Shown: positions 28,868 through 36,763, numbered from the stretch's first letter. The stretch is 64,000 bases of DNA from a virus (IMGVR_UViG_3300029708_000226), one strand, 5' to 3'. Numbers and translations are program-made. The notes: generated by a model not told the origin, from the sequence alone.

Positions 28868-28893
28868 CGAAAAAGCTCCCCGGAGGGAGCTTA
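28868..28893. terminator. Second identical copy of the AAAGCTCCCCGGAGGGAGCTTAAAAT hairpin
   Basis: See 27697-27722. Confidence 0.6.
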
Positions 28894-28896
28894 AAA

Positions 28897-29547
28897 TCAT
28901 TTTATGATCAGGTCTTCGATACAGGTAAAGCCGATTTCATCTGAATAATCTTCTGACTGGTAATCGCCCCATACCACGGCCCGCAGAACATTTTCGTTAT
29001 TTTCTACAAGAATGCGCGGGCGGATATATAGTCCGTCATCGGAAATTTTCTCTTCCTTATCCGAAATATATTCCACGTCCACGCCAGGATAATCCGGATC
29101 CTGGGATACGGAAATATCGAGATGTCCGTCCTTGATCGGGACCGTATAATTCACACCCGGCAGCATCTCGTTTGTAACCGCAAGCTTCAATCCCGTGAAC
29201 CGCTCCCAAAGGTGCTTAAAATTTTTGCCGTCAAACATTACCGACAATAATCCGTCCATGTAACCAGCGTCAAGATACTCCGCATTAAGGAATTCTTCTT
29301 TGCAGACGAATAATGATCCGCTTCCGAATCCTTCGTCCTGAAACATTTCTTCCGCTGCGTCAAAAAGGTTTTTTGTTTCTTCTGCATTTGTCGGAAGTTT
29401 TTCAATGGGCTCTTCTTCGATGCATTCACTTGCCAGCTCCGACAGAAGTTTTCTGTAATCGCTGAGAGAGTATCCATGGCTGATCATCCAGTCGAGCTGA
29501 TATGCCTCATAGCACTTATTTTCAAATTGTTCTTTTGTCATTATCAT
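28897..29547 (-). CDS. Acidic hypothetical protein (216 aa)
   Basis: ORF. Confidence 0.5.
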   Translation of the reverse strand: MIMTKEQFENKCYEAYQLDWMISHGYSLSDYRKLLSELASECIEEEPIEKLPTNAEETKNLFDAAEEMFQDEGFGSGSLFVCKEEFLNAEYLDAGYMDGLLSVMFDGKNFKHLWERFTGLKLAVTNEMLPGVNYTVPIKDGHLDISVSQDPDYPGVDVEYISDKEEKISDDGLYIRPRILVENNENVLRAVVWGDYQSEDYSDEIGFTCIEDLIIK

Positions 29548-29553
29548 TTTCTC

Positions 29554-30273
29554 CTAATTTGCATGATCGAAGCTCAAACATTTTTCAAAAGCATATTTAT
29601 AAAGAGTTACAACCATGTCTTTTTCCAACTGTTCTTTCCAGTCATCCGCCTTCCAGTCAACATTTACCGGCGCGTCAATATAATCGAAAGATTCCCAATC
29701 GGTATCTTTATCTCCGTGTTTGACACAACAGAAATAGCTACAGACGGGTGTGTAATCTTCCCGTTTATTTTCATCCCGCGTACACTGCGCAACACTGTGG
29801 ATGTTCAGTTCGATATCGAGGTATCCGCTTTCAAGTACCGCTGTGCCTATGATCGGATCGCCGTTTTCGAGCAGATCCGGCATCCAGTTCCTTCTAAGGC
29901 CATCGAGCGTATCAGTGGACTCAATGCTGGCGCAGCTGAACTTGTAACCGGATCTTTTCTTCGCCTCTTTTAACAGGATATCAGCGGCATATTCGCGGCA
30001 GTTGATCCAGTTTTCATCTGCAAAATCATTGCAGATTTCAAGAGCTTCTTCTGCTTCGTAGATATGCCCTCCGGTTCCGAGATATGCACCCCAGTATTCG
30101 CCATCTTCAATACTTTTTAAAGCGAGTTCGGCAGCATGATCTTCTGAAATACAATAGTAACAAAGTGCGCCGTTTTCGCTGTACTGGAATATATATACCT
30201 CTTTTACGGGATTATATAAATCTCCGTTATTGCAAAGATAATGATACATCCCTTCTGCTGAATTAAATTTCAT
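29554..30273 (-). CDS. Hypothetical protein (239 aa)
   Basis: ORF. Confidence 0.5.
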   Translation of the reverse strand: MKFNSAEGMYHYLCNNGDLYNPVKEVYIFQYSENGALCYYCISEDHAAELALKSIEDGEYWGAYLGTGGHIYEAEEALEICNDFADENWINCREYAADILLKEAKKRSGYKFSCASIESTDTLDGLRRNWMPDLLENGDPIIGTAVLESGYLDIELNIHSVAQCTRDENKREDYTPVCSYFCCVKHGDKDTDWESFDYIDAPVNVDWKADDWKEQLEKDMVVTLYKYAFEKCLSFDHAN

Positions 30274-30288
30274 CTTATTTTTCTCCTT

Positions 30289-30852
30289 TTAGTATTTGAT
30301 TTTGCAGCCACATTTCGAGCAATATGTCGGTCGCATTTCGCGATAATCGTTATTTGCAGCGAGTACTTCGTCACAATGAGGACATTTGATATAGTCGGCG
30401 TCATCGTCACCTTCATAGACGGCAGGCTCCGCTTTTCCTTTAGTCACACTATATCCTCTGCCAATCAATTCTTCAATTAAGGATCTATCGCTTGCGTCCA
30501 TGATTGCGATCTCATCAGTGGATAATATACGCAGCTTTGAAGAATCTTTCTCGAGGGTATAACGGCCTTCGATACCTGTATCTCCTCCGTCACCGTAGAA
30601 ATCTATCTGAACCTTGGCTCTAATTTTCAGATTATCGAGAATATCGATGGCTCTTTTCAACTGTTCCTCAATGCAACCATCTACGCCAACGCTATAATAA
30701 TCTTCCAGTTCGAGAAGTGCCTCATTTTTGAATGCGCGAATCATTTTTCTGGCTTCTAATACATCTTCTACTAATCCGGATATTACTACGGCAAAAAGAA
30801 GATTGCCGATGTGATTTTTATGAACAGATATTGTTCCGTTGTTGTAAATCAT
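30289..30852 (-). CDS. Hypothetical protein with C-terminal zinc ribbon (CPHC...CSKCGC)
   Basis: Start refined to MIYNNGTISV (RBS GGAGG); motif at 30887-30905. Confidence 0.5.
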   Translation of the reverse strand: MIYNNGTISVHKNHIGNLLFAVVISGLVEDVLEARKMIRAFKNEALLELEDYYSVGVDGCIEEQLKRAIDILDNLKIRAKVQIDFYGDGGDTGIEGRYTLEKDSSKLRILSTDEIAIMDASDRSLIEELIGRGYSVTKGKAEPAVYEGDDDADYIKCPHCDEVLAANNDYREMRPTYCSKCGCKIKY

Positions 30853-31067
30853 AATTTTTTTCCTCCACTTGTCTTGGCTTTGTATTCTTATTATGAAAGA
30901 AAAAGCCTCCCGGAAGATATCCGGAAGGCTTATAATTATTTCTTTATCTTCGCTTTCCATTCGACCATGGCATCATAAATAGGATCGTTGTCGTCAATAG
31001 AATTGATCATATTTGAGCGAAAACGGAAAATTTCTGCATAAGAAAAGCGCCATCAAGGCGCCGTTTC

Positions 31068-31493
31068 TTATAATTCAATCAGCTGCTTCGCACACCAGCT
31101 CTGCATCATAGCTTTATAAGCATTCTCGTGATGTTTCGGTTTTCTCCAGACATTTTCTCTGTGTGTGCCGCCGTCGTATCTGTTCGGAACATTGATCCAG
31201 CCTCTGTGACCAAAACTCTTACCGAATCTCTCTGCTTCCAGAAGTGTTTCTGCTGTAATTTCATGAAGCATGTTTTCATTACAACGACATCCATCTCCAA
31301 ATTCGCGGGAAGGCTCATAATGATATACGATATTGAGTCCGTCTGATTCAAAATCGATCGACATCCAGGAATTGTTCGGGGTAATTATATACAACCATTC
31401 CGACATTTCGCTTTGAAACAAAAATGATCTGAATCCTTCCGGTTTAATTTCTGCCGCCAGTTCTCTGTAAAAATTAATCTCTTCATTCATCAT
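31068..31493 (-). CDS. Hypothetical protein (~141 aa)
   Basis: Start refined to MMNEEINFY (RBS GGAGG). Confidence 0.5.
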   Translation of the reverse strand: MMNEEINFYRELAAEIKPEGFRSFLFQSEMSEWLYIITPNNSWMSIDFESDGLNIVYHYEPSREFGDGCRCNENMLHEITAETLLEAERFGKSFGHRGWINVPNRYDGGTHRENVWRKPKHHENAYKAMMQSWCAKQLIEL

Positions 31494-31577
31494 AAAAATA
31501 CTCTTCCTCCGTTTTTCTTTGATGCAATTAATATGAAAGAAAACAGTGAGGAAAAACAGCCGCAAGGGCTGCTTCTC

Positions 31578-31838
31578 TTATAATTTTTCATATAAAATTT
31601 TCTGGTCTTCTTCCGGAAGTGCTTCGTGATCTACTTGTTTTTCAGCATCTGAGTCTGTGCCGTTGCAGCCGTAATCGCAGAATTTGTAATTGCAACTTTC
31701 ACACATACTACACGGAGCGAGCGGCTTACCGCAAAGACATCTTGTGATACCTTTTGCGTAGATCACCTGCTCTTTTCCGCACCATGGGCAGATCTCAATC
31801 GTGAAGTGCTTCGGATTATATTTCATTTTCTTTGCCAT
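31578..31838 (-). CDS. Cys-rich zinc-finger protein (86 aa)
   Basis: CPWC...CLC...CSMCESC...C..GC; a TATAAT-containing element lies upstream at ~31870. Confidence 0.5.
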   Translation of the reverse strand: MAKKMKYNPKHFTIEICPWCGKEQVIYAKGITRCLCGKPLAPCSMCESCNYKFCDYGCNGTDSDAEKQVDHEALPEEDQKILYEKL

Positions 31839-32052
31839 CTAGTGATTCTCTCCCTGTGATTATTTTGCAACCTCTGCCGTGATTATACCAATACAGGGTT
31901 TCATAGAATAAATTGTGTCTTTAACATCTTTTATGTCTTTGAGTTCGACACATGTAGCTAGCTTCTTGTCTGCGACAACCTCGACAAAAGTTTTGGCGAA
32001 ACGCAAATATCCTTTTCTTGTTTTTAAATATACTTTTATGTTTTTCTCTCCT

Positions 32053-32901
32053 TTAATTTACATAAACATACCACCAGCCGGTATGTTCGGTTTCTTCTCC
32101 ATTTCTTTTATCTTCCTCAGGATCGTAATATCCGGTATTTACGGATATTTCTTCTCCCTGCGATCTGTAGAAGGCTTCAATGAGGTCGGCTACAACATTA
32201 GCTGTTTCTTCTGTTGCCACAAGAATCTGTCCGTCGTCATCGCACCAGATAGCGTCGCTTTCGTTTCCAGCAAGCATATCTGCAATGGCCACGATCCAGT
32301 TTGTTTTCGGCTTTTGAGGGAGGCTACCACTGTAATCCGCAGAAATAAATTCCTGTGCCTCTTCCGCCGTCATCAGATCCGCCATCATATTAATTTTACT
32401 GATATTACGTTTGCAGGTCTGAATAGCTTCTTTGCCGTTGCATTCTGACACTTTATTCCAGTCAGAACCGATATCCCACTCCATATACTCTACTGATGAT
32501 AACGGCGTATCGCTTTCCGAGGTAAGAAACGCATACTTAATGTTATCGGCATTATCGATATCGATCAGTAATCTTCCATCGTTATTATCCTGACAATAGA
32601 ACAGAACATCGTTAAGAGAATCCTCTGGGCAATATAATTCCTGATACTCTTTCAAAATATCGCTGCTGATCACGCAGTCGCCCATATCGAAATTCGTATC
32701 GAGAATTCTTGGAATTTTTTCAGCGCAAGCTGAAATATATTTATTATTTTCTTTCAACCATTCCATTGTATGCCTTGCTCGACTGATCATGCGCTCTCCG
32801 TAATTCCAGCCATAATATCTTGCCACCAATTTGCGGGTTCCGTCCGTTTCCTGATAGCGTACAAAAATCTGCGATCTCTGTCCCATAATATTTTCCTCCA
32901 T
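32053..32901 (-). CDS. Hypothetical protein (282 aa)
   Basis: ORF; motif at 32921-32939. Confidence 0.55.
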   Translation of the reverse strand: MEENIMGQRSQIFVRYQETDGTRKLVARYYGWNYGERMISRARHTMEWLKENNKYISACAEKIPRILDTNFDMGDCVISSDILKEYQELYCPEDSLNDVLFYCQDNNDGRLLIDIDNADNIKYAFLTSESDTPLSSVEYMEWDIGSDWNKVSECNGKEAIQTCKRNISKINMMADLMTAEEAQEFISADYSGSLPQKPKTNWIVAIADMLAGNESDAIWCDDDGQILVATEETANVVADLIEAFYRSQGEEISVNTGYYDPEEDKRNGEETEHTGWWYVYVN

Positions 32902-32985
32902 TTATCTATTTTGATATATTTAATATGAAAGAAAAAGCCTTCCGGAAGTTATCCGGAAGGTTTGGAATATTATTATAAATATTAA

Positions 32986-33076
32986 CGCCGTGGCGGGGAG
33001 TCGAACCCCGAAACCGGATTTTACTCCGAGATGGTGGATTAGCAATCCACTGCTGTACCATTTGAGCCACCACGGC
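32986..33076 (-). tRNA. tRNA-Ser (anticodon GCT), class II
   Basis: Manual fold: GCCGTGG acceptor, anticodon loop TTGCTAA, long variable arm, T-loop TTCGACT. Confidence 0.65.
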
Positions 33077-33089
33077 AAGAAATATAAAC

Positions 33090-33159
33090 GGCCCATTGCG
33101 GATTCGAACCGCAGTCCCTGGGGTCAAGGCCCAGTGCATTGACCGCTATGCTAATGGGC
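33090..33159 (-). tRNA. tRNA, probably Gln (anticodon TTG); loop atypical
   Basis: Acceptor GCCCATT/AATGGGC, T-arm TGCGGTTCGAATCCGCA; anticodon loop CCTTGAC has C at position 33. Confidence 0.4.
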
Positions 33160-33165
33160 TAAAAA

Positions 33166-33257
33166 ACGCCAGTGACAGGACTCGAACCTGTACGTCGACA
33201 TAAATGCCGGCTTGCCTGTGTTCGAAGCAGGTGCTGTACCACTTGAGCCACACTGGC
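33166..33257 (-). tRNA. tRNA-Ser (anticodon CGA), class II
   Basis: Loop TTCGAAC; long variable arm; T-loop TTCGAGT. Confidence 0.6.
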
Positions 33258-33400
33258 AGACTCCCGTGCCCCGCAGATTGGCAGGTTTATCACGAATACC
33301 GCAGCCGTTAGTCAATTTCGACTGAAATACCGTTTAGCACGGGCTTTTTGCATATACACTGAATAGAAACAGGTGACTAATCTGCTTCGCACAGCTTAAA
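33258..33400 (-). ncRNA. Unassigned structured spacer within the tRNA array (no tRNA fold found)
   Basis: Long-range stem CCCGTGC (33262) / GCACGGG (33337) followed by CTTTTT; no ORF. Confidence 0.2.
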
Positions 33401-33407
33401 TGCAAAG

Positions 33408-33481
33408 ACATCGGTGGGATTCGAACCCACGATAAAACCTGTTTTGCAGACAGGCGCCTTAGACCACTCGACCACGATGCC
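33408..33481 (-). tRNA. tRNA-Cys (GCA)
   Basis: Anticodon arm CCTGT-CTGCAAA-ACAGG; T-loop TTCGAAT. Confidence 0.65.
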
Positions 33482-33489
33482 ATAATACT

Positions 33490-33562
33490 ACGGACAGCGG
33501 GACTCGAACCCGCAAAGTACGATTTAGAAGACCGTTGTTTTATCCAATTAGACATGCCCGTA
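33490..33562 (-). tRNA. tRNA-Arg (TCT)
   Basis: Loop CTTCTAA; T-loop TTCGAGT. Confidence 0.6.
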
Positions 33563-33572
33563 TAAAATATCC

Positions 33573-33645
33573 CCAGGCAGATTTGAACTGCCGTTCCCTG
33601 CGTGAGAGGCAGATGTCCTTGACCGCTAGACTATGGGGACTTAAC
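33573..33645 (-). tRNA. tRNA-Glu (CTC)
   Basis: Loop CTCTCAC; T-loop TTCAAAT. Confidence 0.55.
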
Positions 33646-33648
33646 GCT

Positions 33649-33737
33649 GTGACAGGGATTCGAACCCTGAAAGCGGGAATCTCACCCGACATGCCGGATT
33701 TCAAGGCCGGTGCTGTACCAGTTGAGCCATCACAGCA
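33649..33737 (-). tRNA. tRNA-Ser (TGA), class II
   Basis: Loop CTTGAAA; long variable arm. Confidence 0.6.
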
Positions 33738-33741
33738 AAAG

Positions 33742-33832
33742 CGGAACGGGAGGGACTTGAACCCTCAAAGCGTGGATTGACACGACATGTCCGGCTTCCA
33801 ACCGGGTCCTGTACCAATTGAGGCACCGCTCC
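33742..33832 (-). tRNA. tRNA-Ser (GGA), class II
   Basis: Loop TTGGAAG; long variable arm; T-loop TTCAAGT. Confidence 0.55.
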
Positions 33833-33860
33833 ATATCAGGCTCTTTAACAAGAGCCTTTA

Positions 33861-34382
33861 TCATTTTGAAATTTTATCAGCAATTCCGGATGCAACATAA
33901 GACTCCGGCTTAACCTTTGCCTCAAAACCCATTGAAGTGACCCAGCCTATGAGCTCAGGAATCAATTCCTTCGTCTTACCATGTTCAGAATAACCAGCAT
34001 CAATATGAATAGAAAACTCTGTGTTCAAAAATACGTCTTCATATTCCGTTGTCTCAAATATTGTAATAAGCTGTTCTGCTATTTCAAGTGAATCGCCGGT
34101 TTCCACACGAAGTTTTGTTCTTACATCTGAAATACGGTCACGTGCGTTAATCTTATAAAAGAAAATACCGCCGTGTCCTTCACAGATCACAGCAATTACA
34201 CTTACTTCTTTCGTATAATCAAAATTCTGCGAATCCGTACCGATCGTAATATGAATACCGGTACCATACTCTTTCATTCTTTCATAGTAAGCTTTTATAT
34301 ATTTTGGAATTTCCTGTATCATAAGCTCACCGTGTGATGGCGAAATCCAGTTTTCACTGTAATGTTTCTTACTCATGATCAC
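33861..34382 (-). CDS. Hypothetical protein (173 aa) embedded in the tRNA array
   Basis: ORF with a terminator hairpin (AGGCTCTTGTTAAAGAGCCT) at 33840-33860; no family recognised. Confidence 0.5.
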   Translation of the reverse strand: MIMSKKHYSENWISPSHGELMIQEIPKYIKAYYERMKEYGTGIHITIGTDSQNFDYTKEVSVIAVICEGHGGIFFYKINARDRISDVRTKLRVETGDSLEIAEQLITIFETTEYEDVFLNTEFSIHIDAGYSEHGKTKELIPELIGWVTSMGFEAKVKPESYVASGIADKISK

Positions 34383-34409
34383 GTTGCTCCTTTCTGATAT
34401 TTTTTAGCA

Positions 34410-34483
34410 GGCGCGGAGGGATTCGAACCCCCAGACAATCACGGTTTTGGAGACCGTTGCTGTACCAGTTGAGCCACGCACCC
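34410..34483 (-). tRNA. tRNA-Trp (CCA)
   Basis: Anticodon arm ACGGT-CTCCAAA-ACCGT. Confidence 0.65.
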
Positions 34484-34725
34484 ATAATAATGAACAATAA
34501 AAAACAGCCTCTTTTGATAAACTTTTTATCAGAAGATGCTGCAGAGAATGCCGGTAATTTTGTTATGCGAAAATTTTTGCATCAACAAATAAAGCAGTAC
34601 ATCTTCTTATCATGTCTACTCTCTGACCACGAACTATTGGATTGTCTGCTACATCTGTTTACGTTATGCATAATTATTTACTCCTTCCTGCAATTTTTCT
34701 GTATCTGCATAAAAACTGGAAAAAT

Positions 34726-34799
34726 ACGCCAAATCGGATTCGAACCGATACTAACAGGGGCTTAAACCCTGTGCCTCTGCCGATTGGGCTATTGGCGCA
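34726..34799 (-). tRNA. tRNA with Leu-type anticodon TAA but class-I architecture (5-nt variable region), A73
   Basis: GCGCCAA acceptor; anticodon arm CAGGG-TTTAAGC-CCCTG; variable region TTAGT; T-arm ATCGGTTCGAATCCGAT. Confidence 0.5.
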
Positions 34800-34803
34800 T
34801 AAT

Positions 34804-34876
34804 GGGTATGACAGGCCATGATCCTGCAACCTTCGGCTTAAGAGGCCGATACTCTGCCACTTGAGTTACATACCCG
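34804..34876 (-). tRNA. tRNA-Lys (CTT); non-canonical T-loop
   Basis: Anticodon arm TCGGC-CTCTTAA-GCCGA; T-loop ATCATGG. Confidence 0.55.
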
Positions 34877-34898
34877 TGGATACACATGCGGTATCAGT

Positions 34899-34982
34899 GC
34901 ACCCGACGAGACTCGAACTCGCATGGAAAGTAATTCCGCCAGATTAAAAGTCTGGTGCCATACCAATTAGGCGACGGATGCA
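34899..34982 (-). tRNA. Class-II tRNA (16-nt variable arm, A73) with anticodon TTT; identity unclear
   Basis: Anticodon arm CCAGA-CTTTTAA-TCTGG; variable arm CGGAATTACTTTCCAT; T-loop TTCGAGT. Confidence 0.45.
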
Positions 34983-35062
34983 TACATTATAACTTTGATA
35001 ATCGCTTGCATAACTGTTTTCGTTTCATGATTATTTCTCCTTTATTATAAAGATTTTCAATC

Positions 35063-35137
35063 CCAAGGACAGGATTTGAACCTGCGTTTGCCGGGTATGA
35101 ACCGGCCGTACTCGCCGCTATACTACCCTGGAGTAGC
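35063..35137 (-). tRNA. tRNA-Met/fMet/Ile2 (CAT)
   Basis: Anticodon arm GCCGG-TTCATAC-CCGGC. Confidence 0.55.
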
Positions 35138-35138
35138 G

Positions 35139-35209
35139 GGTCCAGGAGTCGAAGCCTGGTATCGCAAGGGTTATGAGCCCTGCATGGTAAATCCGTTCCA
35201 CTCACCCGC
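35139..35209 (-). tRNA. tRNA (CAT), second copy, atypical T-arm
   Basis: Loop CTCATAA; T-region CCAGGCTTCGACTCCTGG. Confidence 0.4.
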
Positions 35210-35212
35210 AAA

Positions 35213-35288
35213 TGCTGATAACAGGACTCGAACCTGTAACCCCATGCTTGTAAGGCATATGCTCTCCCAGTTGAGCTACATCAGCATA
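35213..35288 (-). tRNA. tRNA-Val (TAC)
   Basis: GCTGATG acceptor; loop CTTACAA; T-loop TTCGAGT. Confidence 0.6.
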
Positions 35289-35289
35289 G

Positions 35290-35362
35290 TTGTGGTGGAC
35301 AGAGTCGGACTGTCGTTAACCGCTCATCAGACGGTCTTTCTACCATTGAAATACACCACAAT
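35290..35362 (-). tRNA. tRNA-Ile (GAT)
   Basis: Loop CTGATGA. Confidence 0.45.
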
Positions 35363-35376
35363 ATTTTTTATGAAGC

Positions 35377-35449
35377 CTGTGACAAGATTTGAACTTGCAA
35401 CCCTCTACTTACGAGATAGACGCTCTGCCAATTAGAGCTACACAGGCAT
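35377..35449 (-). tRNA. tRNA-Thr (CGT)
   Basis: GCCTGTG acceptor; loop CTCGTAA; T-loop TTCAAAT. Confidence 0.65.
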
Positions 35450-35451
35450 TT

Positions 35452-35526
35452 TACAGTGCTCCCATGGCGACTCGAACGCCAACTACAGAGTTCGTAGCCC
35501 TGCCGTCTATCCATTAGCGTATGAGA
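35452..35526 (-). tRNA. tRNA-Arg (ACG)
   Basis: Anticodon arm CAGGG-CTACGAA-CTCTG; T-loop TTCGAGT. Confidence 0.55.
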
Positions 35527-35527
35527 G

Positions 35528-35600
35528 CATAGCAGGCGGTAACCGAATCGAACGGGTGTCTCACGGCTCAGAACCGCACGGTTTACCTCTAACCTAACCG
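35528..35600 (-). tRNA. tRNA, probably Gln (CTG)
   Basis: Loop TTCTGAG; T-loop TTCGATT. Confidence 0.4.
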
Positions 35601-35608
35601 CCTATAAG

Positions 35609-35682
35609 CCGCAGAAGGGACTCGAACCCTTAATCCCCTGATTACAAAGCAGGTGCATTACCATTGTGCTACAGCGGCATAT
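35609..35682 (-). tRNA. tRNA-Thr (TGT)
   Basis: Loop TTTGTAA; T-loop TTCGAGT. Confidence 0.55.
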
Positions 35683-35691
35683 TTAATTTCA

Positions 35692-35776
35692 GGGAGACCA
35701 GTGGGGCTCGAACCCACGTAGGAATTGCTTCCGCAGAGCCACAATCTGCTGCCTAACCAACTCGGTCACAGCCTCC
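35692..35776 (-). tRNA. tRNA-His (GTG) with G-1:C73 but an unusual 15-nt variable arm (85 nt)
   Basis: G-1 then GAGGCTG; anticodon arm GCAGA-TTGTGGC-TCTGC; variable arm GGAAGCAATTCCTAC; T-loop TTCGAGC; 3' GGTCTCC then C. Confidence 0.5.
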
Positions 35777-35779
35777 ATA

Positions 35780-35853
35780 GCTGGAATGGCGGGACTTGAA
35801 CCCACAACCTACCGGTTAACAGCCGGTCGCTCTACCATTGAGCTACAAACCAA
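35780..35853 (-). tRNA. tRNA-Asn (GTT) with two U-U mismatches in the acceptor stem
   Basis: Anticodon arm ACCGG-CTGTTAA-CCGGT; T-loop TTCAAGT; acceptor UGGUUUG/CAUUCCA. Confidence 0.5.
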
Positions 35854-35870
35854 TACTATATTATCTAAAT

Positions 35871-35945
35871 GGGGCGAGTGAGAATCGAACTCACGACACA
35901 CGGCTTATAAGGCCGCTGCTCTTGACCCCTGAGCTACCACCCCTT
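35871..35945 (-). tRNA. tRNA-Ile (TAT), the rare AUA decoder
   Basis: Anticodon arm GCGGC-CTTATAA-GCCGT; T-loop TTCGATT. Confidence 0.55.
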
Positions 35946-36037
35946 ATGAAATAAGGTTCGGTATAGATATTCGTCTCATGGTCTTGTTTCTCCTTTATAT
36001 TTGTTATACTCTTTCTACAGGAAAGAAAATGTACCAG

Positions 36038-36111
36038 AAGGGATTCGAACCCATAGAAAACCGGATTTGAGCCGGCCCCGTCTGCCAGTTGCGGCACTGA
36101 TGCATACAGTC
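36038..36111 (-). tRNA. tRNA with Leu-type anticodon CAA, class-I architecture, A73
   Basis: Anticodon arm GCCGG-CTCAAAT-CCGGT; 5-nt variable region; T-loop TTCGAAT. Confidence 0.5.
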
Positions 36112-36114
36112 GGA

Positions 36115-36188
36115 ATGACAGGTCTCGAACCTGCAGCCTCATGATCCCAAATCACGCGCGCTACCAATTGCGCCACATCCCGATACAG
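36115..36188 (-). tRNA. tRNA-Pro (TGG)
   Basis: Anticodon arm CGTGA-TTTGGGA-TCATG; T-loop TTCGAGA. Confidence 0.55.
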
Positions 36189-36264
36189 TGCCCATGAGTG
36201 GATTCGAACCACCAACCTCTGCCATCTGAAGACAGTTCGTCTGCCAATTGCGCCACATGGACAT
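36189..36264 (-). tRNA. tRNA with Leu-type anticodon CAG, class-I architecture, A73
   Basis: Anticodon arm CTGTC-TTCAGAT-GGCAG; variable region AGGTT; T-loop TTCGAAT. Confidence 0.5.
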
Positions 36265-36267
36265 CAC

Positions 36268-36347
36268 AGTACCTCGAATGGGAGTCGAACCCATAAACAA
36301 TCACAGAGTCCTTAGCTCTGCCGCTTTGCCAATTTGCGTACCGAGGC
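36268..36347 (-). tRNA. tRNA with Leu-type anticodon AAG; intermediate 9-nt variable region
   Basis: Anticodon arm CAGAG-CTAAGGA-CTCTG; T-loop TTCGACT. Confidence 0.45.
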
Positions 36348-36361
36348 ATATTTATTTTAAG

Positions 36362-36445
36362 TGGGCGAAGAAGGACTTGAACCTTCAGAAGCCGAAGCCA
36401 ACTGTTTTACAGACAGTACCGCTGCCAATTACGGGATATTCGCCC
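36362..36445 (-). tRNA. tRNA-Tyr (GTA), class II
   Basis: GGGCGAA/TTCGCCC acceptor, A73; loop CTGTAAA; long variable arm; T-loop TTCAAGT. Confidence 0.65.
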
Positions 36446-36450
36446 AAAAG

Positions 36451-36538
36451 TCGGCAGGGTGAGAGTCGAACTCACAATGTTTACCACGAGGGTCACAGTT
36501 TTACAGACTGCTTGCTTCAGCCTTTTGCATACCTGCCG
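36451..36538 (-). tRNA. Second tRNA-Tyr (GTA), class II, diverged sequence
   Basis: CGGCAGG/CCTGCCG acceptor, A73; loop CTGTAAA; ~19-nt variable arm. Confidence 0.55.
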
Positions 36539-36607
36539 TTAATAATATTCAGTTCCCATATAATAATAGTCTGGCATATCAGTCATCTCCTTTACATTTC
36601 TTAAGCT

Positions 36608-36681
36608 CTCACAGCAGGACTTGAACCTGCAACATCCCGGTTAACAGCCGGACGCTCTACCGATTGAGCTATGCGAGAATA
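36608..36681 (-). tRNA. tRNA-Asn (GTT), second copy
   Basis: Anticodon arm TCCGG-CTGTTAA-CCGGG; T-loop TTCAAGT. Confidence 0.6.
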
Positions 36682-36683
36682 GA

Positions 36684-36757
36684 GTGCGTGAACGGATTCG
36701 AACCGTCCCTTTCTGCTTGGAAGGCAGATGTGCTATCCGCTGACACTACACACACAT
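36684..36757 (-). tRNA. tRNA-Gly (TCC)
   Basis: Anticodon arm TCTGC-CTTCCAA-GCAGA; T-loop TTCGAAT. Confidence 0.6.
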
Positions 36758-36763
36758 AAGCGA

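Noticed and set aside
31915-32448. Plus-strand ORF 31915..32448 (177 aa)
   Set aside because: It is antisense to 32053..32901, which has the canonical promoter-motif, RBS and start architecture. It has no RBS.
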